A stretch of 64,000 nucleotides of DNA from a virus. The translations under genes and the position numbers were made by a program. The notes beneath the pieces are model-generated. The model saw only the letters and a program-made list of their open reading frames with translations, had not been told where the DNA came from and ran no database searches. Positions 56,337 through 64,000 of this stretch are shown one piece after another. The stretch covers positions 1 through 64,000 of the IMG/VR virus record IMGVR_UViG_3300032093_011758; one strand, written 5' to 3'. Every line of letters begins with the position of its first letter. Position 1 is the first letter of the stretch.

Positions 56337-57167
56337 TTAGAAAGAAATAGACGATTGAACGGATTCAATCCTTTTTTTTATTATTTCATAATATTCTACA
56401 GAAATTTCACTTCCTATGTAATTTCTACCTTTCAATATACAAGCCTTTGCTGTTGTTCCACTACCCATAAACGGGTCATAGACTAAATCCCCTTCGTTAG
56501 TCCAAGACAACAAGTTATCAATTACTAATTGTGTTGGAAATATCGCGGGGTGATTATATGCAATTTCATCTTCTTGACCATTTTTAGAAGTTTTAAAAGT
56601 CCATACATTATATCTTTGACCGAATTCCTCTATAATTTTTTTCTTTCTTTCCACCATTGATCCGTCAACTTGTCTAGATGTATTTTTACCCCAACTACCG
56701 ACTTGTCCACCATATACATTCTTCCTATCTTTTATAGGATTAAAAGTTTTAGGCTTACCTTTACTTAATATAAACATATATTCAAAAATTTGATGATACC
56801 TATTTGAAGAGGGGTTTGAAAAGTTATTTTTCATATAAATCATCGTGTCGTGAATATTAAATCCGATTTCTTTGAAAAAAAGTGCCTGTCTAAATGAGGT
56901 TCCGGTCTCACTTCCTTTTTCTGTTGCATCTCCCACAATCCAAGTTATTACCCCCCCCTTTTTTAATGTTCTATATAATTCTTTAGCAATGTTTTCAAAA
57001 TCAAACGAATAACCATTAAATTCTGTTTTATTTCCTAAAATATGATTATTGTAATTCCTCAGATCGTCGTAAGGTGGTGATGTAATAACATAATCTAAAA
57101 ATTCATTTTCCATTTTAGATAGGGTTAATAAACAATCTTCATTATAATTTTTATTTATCTCAATCAT
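56337..57167 (-). CDS. DNA amino-methyltransferase (N4-C/N6-A, beta class)
   Basis: TSPPY motif IV N-terminal, HPAIFP, DPFMGSGTT motif I C-terminal. Confidence 0.92.
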   Translation of the reverse strand: MIEINKNYNEDCLLTLSKMENEFLDYVITSPPYDDLRNYNNHILGNKTEFNGYSFDFENIAKELYRTLKKGGVITWIVGDATEKGSETGTSFRQALFFKEIGFNIHDTMIYMKNNFSNPSSNRYHQIFEYMFILSKGKPKTFNPIKDRKNVYGGQVGSWGKNTSRQVDGSMVERKKKIIEEFGQRYNVWTFKTSKNGQEDEIAYNHPAIFPTQLVIDNLLSWTNEGDLVYDPFMGSGTTAKACILKGRNYIGSEISVEYYEIIKKRIESVQSSISF

Positions 57168-57612
57168 ATAGCTTGAAAAATTTTTTAGAGGTTATTGATT
57201 TATTCTTTCCTAGTTTCATATTTTTAATATCTTCTTTAGTCACTTCAATACTTGTATATTCCCCATTATACAAATTTCTTAAATCTAAAACCACAAATCT
57301 ATCTAAAGATTCTAGTTTTTTATTAAACCCTTCTTCTGTAACCTTTCTACCATATCCGATCTCTTTTGAGGAAGCAAATGAAACGGTTTTAGTTATGGAT
57401 CTTATTTCTGTTTTAATGTTATCAGGTTCAATAATATCAAAAGATGAATTTTCTTTTTCTCGTTTACCCTTATTAAAATTTGAATGTGTGAATTCTCCTA
57501 ATCTACCCATAATTCTTCCATCATTTAAGAATGATAAAGCTTGAGTTTCAGTAAGACCTAAAGATTTTGCAAATAGGGGGATATCTATTGAGAAAGTGTT
57601 AAGTTTTTTCAT
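57160..57612 (-). CDS. hypothetical protein, possible PD-(D/E)xK nuclease
   Basis: GRLGE...SFDI...TEIRS; 8-nt overlap with MTase start; start moved to ATG 57612. Confidence 0.4.
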   Translation of the reverse strand: MKKLNTFSIDIPLFAKSLGLTETQALSFLNDGRIMGRLGEFTHSNFNKGKREKENSSFDIIEPDNIKTEIRSITKTVSFASSKEIGYGRKVTEEGFNKKLESLDRFVVLDLRNLYNGEYTSIEVTKEDIKNMKLGKNKSITSKKFFKLYD

Positions 57613-57651
57613 TGAAATAATGATAACAAATTCAATGAAAAAATTCAAATA

Positions 57652-58242
57652 CTATTCTTTAATTTTTTTTATTTTGGTTATCTTACCCTCAAAAATATGT
57701 TGACCAACCTTAATTGAGACAACCTCACTTGTTTTAGATGTTGATTCGGCAATCAATCCGTTTTCTTTGAAAACTTCTTGAACCACTTCTTTGATCATTT
57801 TTTTCAAATCAGTATTATTAGTTTGAGGTTGTGGCGTATTTGTTGTTTTTTTCACTATTTGTGGTTCTTGTCTTGTATTTCCCATCAACTTTGTTGCCTT
57901 TTCAATTAGTTCATCAGATAAAATTGATTCTGACCCCATTAAAGGGTTGGAAGGCGTAATTGGGTTTTCAATCATTAACTTTTTAATTTCGTCTGGTAAC
58001 TTTGAGTTCATGATTAAATCTTTTGTGATTGGTTGGTTAGCGGTTTTCTTTGCGGTTGGTAAAGAATTTTCTGAAAGGAATTCTTGAGGTATATTATAAT
58101 TCGCAGTGGGAACTGAAAAATCTTCAACTTCAGGATTAGTAATATTAACCATAGGTTCAGTTGCACCTCCCCTTTTGATTTGATTGTGTTTATCCATAAT
58201 TGCTTTGGATATCGCTAACTTTTGCATTAAATCTGCACTCAT
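57652..58242 (-). CDS. hypothetical protein
   Basis: 196-aa ORF (SKLPDEIKKLMIENPI). Confidence 0.7.
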   Translation of the reverse strand: MSADLMQKLAISKAIMDKHNQIKRGGATEPMVNITNPEVEDFSVPTANYNIPQEFLSENSLPTAKKTANQPITKDLIMNSKLPDEIKKLMIENPITPSNPLMGSESILSDELIEKATKLMGNTRQEPQIVKKTTNTPQPQTNNTDLKKMIKEVVQEVFKENGLIAESTSKTSEVVSIKVGQHIFEGKITKIKKIKE

Positions 58243-58243
58243 A

Positions 58244-58654
58244 TTATGCTAAATTTTCTATATTTTGATTATCGTCAAATTTTGCGTTGACGGTCACACT
58301 CACCATACTATCATCACCATTAAAATTATAATTTGGTCTTGGTTCATTGTAAACTTCTCCTGTTGGTTTAGCACTTAGAATTTTATCTAACCTGAAAAGC
58401 CTCCATCCAGGAAGCGGTTGTTCTTTTGTTTTGTCGGTGTGCGATGCCCCTTCAATATCCCAAGCTCTGAGAACTCTATTATTAGCCTTACTAACTCCTA
58501 TACAAACAGGTTCTATTCTTCGCAAACCTTTACCTCCATCCTCATCTCCGTCATAGCTGATTATCAGTATTTTTCTTTTTTTTACCGCATCAACTAAATC
58601 TCCGAAATAGGCTTGTTCAATTAATAAATTTTTTAATGATCCTAAAAGTTTCAT
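58244..58654 (-). CDS. stand-alone WYL-domain protein
   Basis: ISYD...RRIEPVCIG...LRAWD...WRLFRLDKI. Confidence 0.75.
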   Translation of the reverse strand: MKLLGSLKNLLIEQAYFGDLVDAVKKRKILIISYDGDEDGGKGLRRIEPVCIGVSKANNRVLRAWDIEGASHTDKTKEQPLPGWRLFRLDKILSAKPTGEVYNEPRPNYNFNGDDSMVSVTVNAKFDDNQNIENLA

Positions 58655-58947
58655 TAGAAGTCAGGATATGTTTTCTTTTGATTATACCTATTAATTTTAA
58701 TTCCTTCCTTTCTTTCAACGTTATCAATGTTGTTTCCAGCTATGTTATTGTAAACATCTAAAAAACCACCAGTACCTTTTCCTTGTTCATCACCTGTGGC
58801 CAACGCGTCAGGGCTAACCGCGGAATATGTCTTTGATGTGTTGTAGTTGTTTTTAGGGAATAATTTTTTTCTTTCTTGATCCGCATATTGACTCAATGCG
58901 TTATTCTCTGTTTGAGATAAATCAATAGGTTCTAATTGATCTGCCAT
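58654..58947 (-). CDS. hypothetical protein
   Basis: 97-aa ORF, TAATG overlap with WYL gene. Confidence 0.65.
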   Translation of the reverse strand: MADQLEPIDLSQTENNALSQYADQERKKLFPKNNYNTSKTYSAVSPDALATGDEQGKGTGGFLDVYNNIAGNNIDNVERKEGIKINRYNQKKTYPDF

Positions 58948-58949
58948 AG

Positions 58950-59342
58950 TTAAATTAATTTTGACATTATTTGGTTTATTCTTTTAAGCGCTTCAGTTAT
59001 TTTAACATCTTGATTTACATCATTATGGTTACTAAATCCTTGTTTTTCGTGAGGTCTGATAAATTGATTTTGCATTCCGGTGTCTGATTTAACTTTTTTT
59101 GATGTCTCAATTGATCCTCTATCGGAATTTAATGTTTGGTTTACCCAATTATAAAAAGAATCCTCACCTAATTCTTTTTTTTCACCATTTTCCATTCTGT
59201 GTTTCAACTTTTTCATTTGAGAATATGAGATATTTCCATTTGATAATAAATTGGAAATAGATTCATTATTTGAATATTTTTTCAAATGATCCAAAATGTT
59301 ATTAGGTATCTTGTATTGTTTTCCGTATAAGTCCTTATTCAC
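58950..59342 (-). CDS. hypothetical protein
   Basis: 130-aa ORF in operon. Confidence 0.65.
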   Translation of the reverse strand: MNKDLYGKQYKIPNNILDHLKKYSNNESISNLLSNGNISYSQMKKLKHRMENGEKKELGEDSFYNWVNQTLNSDRGSIETSKKVKSDTGMQNQFIRPHEKQGFSNHNDVNQDVKITEALKRINQIMSKLI

Positions 59343-60186
59343 TTTTTAACATTTTAATAAGTTGATTTAGAGTTATTCCTTCTCTATCTGCAATTTTTTT
59401 TAATGAATCTATATTTTTTTTCACAATCTTTGAAATCGGTTTTTCTTTTTCGTTAATCTCTCTATCATCTCCTTTTCCTTTCATAAGTAGATCCTCAACC
59501 ATTTTGATCATTTTGTTTTTTTCAATTTCACTTAATGTCATTCTATCTATAAATCCAGGTTTTTTTCTTATTCTTGCGGGGGCTTTTTTTGTTCTTTTTC
59601 CTAAAGGATCTTTTCCTTGTTGTTTTGTTCTTTGTTTTGCGTCGTCAGGATCCATATCAAGTTTCTTGACATAATACTTGTAGGTATTTTTTCCATCCAT
59701 ATCTTTTGTTTCCTCGTAACCGAAAGCGTCTGAAAAGTCTACTTCATTCATAACATTTTCTTGTTCAATTGATTCACCATAGTATCTTCTATAACCCCTT
59801 GTTACAGGATTATTTGTCATTCTAGCCATAACGATTGTTTGGTCTGTCGTTTTTCTAGGTGCCATGGCCATATCAAGTTTTGGAATTCTTGAACTTTTGA
59901 ATGTGCCATCCGCATCAATAAATTCCTCAATTTCCCCCGACTTTTTAACCGGTTCAAAAAATTTTTTAATTTGCCCTTTTGTTTTTATTTTTTTGTCTTT
60001 CAAAATTTTCAATATACCTTTTCTCACTTTATCTTTATCCTTTTTTTCAAAATCAAGTTTTTCGTCTTCTTTCTTGGATTCATTTAAAGTATTTCCTATA
60101 GAGTAATAAAGGGATATTCTATCACTCTTTTCAGTTAGAAAAAAATAATAGGGTTTAAAAAAATATTCTTTGCCTATTTCTATCAT
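59335..60186 (-). CDS. hypothetical protein
   Basis: 283-aa ORF, late motif at 60199-60205. Confidence 0.7.
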   Translation of the reverse strand: MIEIGKEYFFKPYYFFLTEKSDRISLYYSIGNTLNESKKEDEKLDFEKKDKDKVRKGILKILKDKKIKTKGQIKKFFEPVKKSGEIEEFIDADGTFKSSRIPKLDMAMAPRKTTDQTIVMARMTNNPVTRGYRRYYGESIEQENVMNEVDFSDAFGYEETKDMDGKNTYKYYVKKLDMDPDDAKQRTKQQGKDPLGKRTKKAPARIRKKPGFIDRMTLSEIEKNKMIKMVEDLLMKGKGDDREINEKEKPISKIVKKNIDSLKKIADREGITLNQLIKMLKSE

Positions 60187-60234
60187 CTTTTTTTATATAT
60201 AAATACTGCGATACAAGGTATTTATCTATGAATT

Positions 60235-62421
60235 ATGGCATATCAGAATATTAATCAATATGTTTTTAAGAAATGGCGTATAATTGAAAGACCAATAATA
60301 CAAGATTTCTCTCTTGCATCAGATGAAAAAGACTACAAAGAGGAGGTAATCTTCTCAAGACAAATTATTGCCCATGATGATGGAAACAAATTACCAATAA
60401 GTTTTGATTTGGATGATTCCAATTCAAGTGAATTGTTTGTTCTAAATTACAAAAACTATAACCCTTTCAATAATATTATATCTACTAATTTTTATAACCC
60501 TAAGAACGAAGATTTGACTTGTTTTAGTTCACAAACTTCTTGTGATATAGGTCTTACAGGTATAGATAATGGGTTAGTATCTGAAATGACAGGACAAACA
60601 ATAACATTTACAAAAGGTTTATTGCCTGATTCTGAAAAGTTTGACAGGTTATCATTTGATAGAAGATTAAAATTACATCAGGTTACTGGGTATACTTGGC
60701 AACCTAATTTGCAGTTTTCAGGGTTACCTGAGAATATGTTATTTGAAGTCGTATCAAAACAAAATAGTAAAGTTGGTGTGTATCACGAACTTTATGGTGG
60801 GTTTTATCAAGGATTTTATAAATTATTCGGATATGATTATGAAACATTTCCAAGTAGGGTAAACAAAGGGTGGTCAGTTGAGATGTTGATCAAACCAAGA
60901 ATTGTGGATGAATTTGTTCCAAATCCTGATGAAACATCATTAAATGAAGTTTATCCAAATAACAAAAATATTTTCTTTTATTTGGGAACTAGATCGGAGA
61001 ATAAATTTTATCACCACGCTGATGGATCACCAAGTTCTTTGTCAGAATATAGTAGAGTTACTTCAAGTCTGACATCTTTAGAAACTTGTGCTTGTTGTAA
61101 CCCTGAAAATACAAACTCAAGATGCATATATGTTTATCCCCCAAGATCTATAAATAACGAACACGATCCTCATAATAACTATGGATGTAATGTGTGTGGG
61201 GCGAGTTATGAATTCATGAAACCAACTTGTGAGTGTAATTGTGATCCGATACCCACATGTGGATGGGAGTGTAAACAACATGGTTGTGTAACAAAATATA
61301 CAACAACCACAACAACTCAAAAATCTGATTGTGGAACACCTTGTGAAACATGTCAAAGCTGTGAATCGGTATCTTATGGTTCGGTTGAAAACACTTGTGA
61401 AACAGATCCATTGTATGATGGAATGTCAAATGCAATATCTTTCAAATTATGTGGAGACCCCAAAAATCCTGGTATCGGAGTTAGAATACTTCGTTTTACC
61501 GGGGGATGTGAAGTTTCCGGATCATGTCCCACAGGTGCAACATACACGACGGGATATACTGTAGATGACTACTGCACGACTAAAAAGATTTATGACTATT
61601 GTATCGCAGAAGGAAACCCTGAGTTCTTGGAACAGGAACATTGGATCCAAGTAAACTTTGTTTGGGAAAGATATTCCAACTTAGAAGATTGTGATTTGGT
61701 AAATAAAGGGGGATTAGGATTAATTACTGAAATTGAATATTTGGATTCATTAGCAAATAATTCGGTGTCTCTTATAAAACCACCTGTAACTCAAGGGTGT
61801 AGTTCGGCGGATGAAATAGAACTTGTGAATCTTAATCAAAATTGGTTAGATGAGAAGAAATATAGAATGGGTAGATTAAAAATTTATGTTAATGGTAGAG
61901 TGTTTGAAGTATTAGAAAATATAGAAGAAATAATCCCAAGAGCCCTTAATACTGATAAAGAAAAACAAGTTGGGGTTCCGTTTAATATTTCTTGGGGTGG
62001 AGGAACTCAAGGATTACATAACCATTTAACGTTCACAGGAATACCCGAATCAACATCAGGTTTGATCTATCAACAAGATCCGGAATTATTTCCAACAAAC
62101 ATTTTGAGTGGAACTACCTTCTCTGAACTTAAAACAAACATACTTTTAGAACAAAACTTTGGTGGAACATTTGAAGGAGGAATTTCTCAATTCAGAATGT
62201 ACACCCAACCTTTGAGTGCTGATGAGGTAAAACACAACTTTTTATTATTAAAAAATAAATTTGACTTGTTCGACTATGATTGTCCGAATTGTTGTTTGGG
62301 TGATGATTTTGAATTTACACTACCAACACCAATTACTACGACAACCACTACTTACGTACCAATTACAACCACAACGACATTCATTCCTGTAACAACTACA
62401 ACAACTTATTTTGGTGGATGA
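60235..62421 (+). CDS. putative virion protein, LamG/concanavalin-like with Cys-rich insert and poly-Thr tail
   Basis: [33 protein letters not shown]; Cys-rich centre; three P(I/V)TTTTT repeats. Confidence 0.65.
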   Translation: MAYQNINQYVFKKWRIIERPIIQDFSLASDEKDYKEEVIFSRQIIAHDDGNKLPISFDLDDSNSSELFVLNYKNYNPFNNIISTNFYNPKNEDLTCFSSQTSCDIGLTGIDNGLVSEMTGQTITFTKGLLPDSEKFDRLSFDRRLKLHQVTGYTWQPNLQFSGLPENMLFEVVSKQNSKVGVYHELYGGFYQGFYKLFGYDYETFPSRVNKGWSVEMLIKPRIVDEFVPNPDETSLNEVYPNNKNIFFYLGTRSENKFYHHADGSPSSLSEYSRVTSSLTSLETCACCNPENTNSRCIYVYPPRSINNEHDPHNNYGCNVCGASYEFMKPTCECNCDPIPTCGWECKQHGCVTKYTTTTTTQKSDCGTPCETCQSCESVSYGSVENTCETDPLYDGMSNAISFKLCGDPKNPGIGVRILRFTGGCEVSGSCPTGATYTTGYTVDDYCTTKKIYDYCIAEGNPEFLEQEHWIQVNFVWERYSNLEDCDLVNKGGLGLITEIEYLDSLANNSVSLIKPPVTQGCSSADEIELVNLNQNWLDEKKYRMGRLKIYVNGRVFEVLENIEEIIPRALNTDKEKQVGVPFNISWGGGTQGLHNHLTFTGIPESTSGLIYQQDPELFPTNILSGTTFSELKTNILLEQNFGGTFEGGISQFRMYTQPLSADEVKHNFLLLKNKFDLFDYDCPNCCLGDDFEFTLPTPITTTTTTYVPITTTTTFIPVTTTTTYFGG

Positions 62422-62422
62422 T

Positions 62423-64000
62423 ATGAATAATTTGATAACGATACAAAGTAAAATATATAGTGGAAAAACTCTCAATATTGTTTTTATCCCGGATAATCAA
62501 CACATTAAAATTGATTTGGGTAATCACGTTATTCCTTATAATTTTAATTCTGCATTGTTGTCACCCCCTCGTGAAGTTTATGGTCAATATATCATAAATT
62601 CTTTGAGTGGAGATTGTTTATTTAATTTATTTGTTGTAAGACCAACACCTACTAACACACCATCACCAACTAAAACACCTACAAATACTCAAACACCTTC
62701 CGTTACATCAACTAATACTTTAACACCGACTCCAACTCCAACGAATACAGAATGCTTCTTCCCGACATATACTCCAACTAGTACACCTACATCGACAAAC
62801 ACACCAACACCGACTAATACACCTACAAATACGGAGTGTTTCTTCCCAACATTACCTAATGTCACACCTACTAACACACCAAGTAATTCATCAACACCTT
62901 CTAATACACCAACTAACACAGGCACACCAACTCAAACTTCTACACCCACAATTACCCCAACTCCAACAAATTTACCGATACAAACTCCGACTGTTACTCC
63001 AACCAACACACAAACTCCAACTAATACAGAAACATCTACTAATACCCCAACTCCTACAAATACACAAACACCAACTAATACAAATACTCAAACACCCACA
63101 ACAACCAATACACAAACACCAACAAACACAGAAACACCTACACAAACTTCAACCCCAACTAATACACAAACACCAACAAACACAGAAACCCCTACCAATA
63201 CTCCGACTCCTTCAGTTACAATAGGATTAACCCCAACTGCAACAGAAACTCCCACCCCTACAAATACACAAACACCAACTAATACAGAAACTCCCACCCC
63301 TACAAATACAAGCACTCAAACTCCAACTAACACAGAAACTTCAACCCCAACGAATACACCAACTCAAACTCAAACACAAACTCCGACTAACACTCCAACT
63401 CCAACTAACACAGAAACCTCAACACCTACCAATACTCCAACTAACACAGAAACACCAACTCAAACTCCAACACAAACAACTCCATTGAGTTGTGACTTTA
63501 CATACACGTTGATTGAAAATTGTGACGCCGAATATCAATTTTTAGGCGTCCCTCCGAGTTTATTTGTTTGGGAATATTTGAATCCCGGAGATTACATAGA
63601 CGGATCATTACAAACAAATAGAGGAACATCATCTGTTAAAATGACAACTTCAGGTGGTAGTTTGGTTCCTGATTGTGTCACGAGCGGAATAACATTTGCC
63701 GGTTTAGGAACTGAAGTTCCACAATTTCAAAACTACTTGGTTTGTGGAATACCAAACACTTTAACCACGGATGCTTATAGGGTTATATCACCAATAGAGA
63801 TGACATTCACATTCACACCCGCAGTCACAAATCCATTACTCGCTTTTTGGTCTTTGGGTCAATCGGGAATATGTCAAACTTTTAGTGCCGACACTAACTT
63901 CCAAAACTTCCCGTATTGTTATAATACAGCCGAGCAACCATTAACACTCAATTTGGTTAATAGAACTATAACCGCATGTGAAGGATTTGGTGTAATTGAG
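62423..64000 (+). CDS. mucin-like Thr/Pro-rich protein, 5' part (open to window end; absent from ORF track)
   Basis: ATG 62423, [16 protein letters not shown]...; no in-frame stop seen to 64000; ~280-aa TPTNT(Q/E)-repeat region then a globular domain. Confidence 0.85.
   Translation, partial: MNNLITIQSKIYSGKTLNIVFIPDNQHIKIDLGNHVIPYNFNSALLSPPREVYGQYIINSLSGDCLFNLFVVRPTPTNTPSPTKTPTNTQTPSVTSTNTLTPTPTPTNTECFFPTYTPTSTPTSTNTPTPTNTPTNTECFFPTLPNVTPTNTPSNSSTPSNTPTNTGTPTQTSTPTITPTPTNLPIQTPTVTPTNTQTPTNTETSTNTPTPTNTQTPTNTNTQTPTTTNTQTPTNTETPTQTSTPTNTQTPTNTETPTNTPTPSVTIGLTPTATETPTPTNTQTPTNTETPTPTNTSTQTPTNTETSTPTNTPTQTQTQTPTNTPTPTNTETSTPTNTPTNTETPTQTPTQTTPLSCDFTYTLIENCDAEYQFLGVPPSLFVWEYLNPGDYIDGSLQTNRGTSSVKMTTSGGSLVPDCVTSGITFAGLGTEVPQFQNYLVCGIPNTLTTDAYRVISPIEMTFTFTPAVTNPLLAFWSLGQSGICQTFSADTNFQNFPYCYNTAEQPLTLNLVNRTITACEGFGVIE
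62642..63484 (+). repeat. imperfect coding tandem repeat (PTPTNTQ/ETPT)
   Basis: Dense ACN/CCN codon repeats; NTECFFPT occurs twice. Confidence 0.85.

Noticed and set aside
62689-63315. Val/Gly-rich minus-strand ORFs and the His/Gln/Leu-rich + ORF at 62859
   Set aside because: Shadow frames of the Thr/Pro repeat in the real ORF starting at 62423
1-64000. Stop-codon reassignment as seen in some jumbo phages
   Set aside because: Core genes are full length in the standard code, and TAG (e.g. 7546, 20652) and TGA (e.g. 23980) end genes normally

Overview
This is a 64-kb segment of an AT-rich T4-like (myovirus-type) jumbo phage genome, using the standard genetic code. The host is very probably Bacteroidota: TAnnTTTG promoters, SD-less A-rich leaders, a tmRNA tag starting with Gly, a DUF4494-like gene, a Bacteroidota-type bS21 and D-S/T-x glycosylation sequons all point that way. 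In order, the window holds: the end of a tRNA array; an RNA-repair trio (cyclic-phosphate receiver domain, metallophosphoesterase, Rnl1 ligase); a tmRNA with a long non-canonical tag next to a peptidase, an N-domain-less ClpC and Hsp20; a lysis cassette with a GH19 endolysin; and the head module (terminase, portal, antisense bS21, prohead protease, scaffold, major capsid). After that come baseplate/virion genes, a gp55-like late sigma factor, a ~15-kb glycosyl-/methyl-transferase cluster (with phoH, dut and an exonuclease), a DNA methyltransferase with a possible nuclease partner, a solo WYL protein, and a mucin-like Thr/Pro protein that runs off the window and is missing from the ORF track. 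A TATTTAT motif precedes many late genes. The best candidates for an undescribed system are (i) virion glycosylation, with the GT/MT cluster acting on mucin-like and [ST]GxT-bearing structural proteins, (ii) a phage tmRNA-ClpC proteostasis circuit, and (iii) TATTTAT-driven, possibly leaderless late transcripts in a bS21 phage. All calls are by-eye motif recognition; no searches were run.
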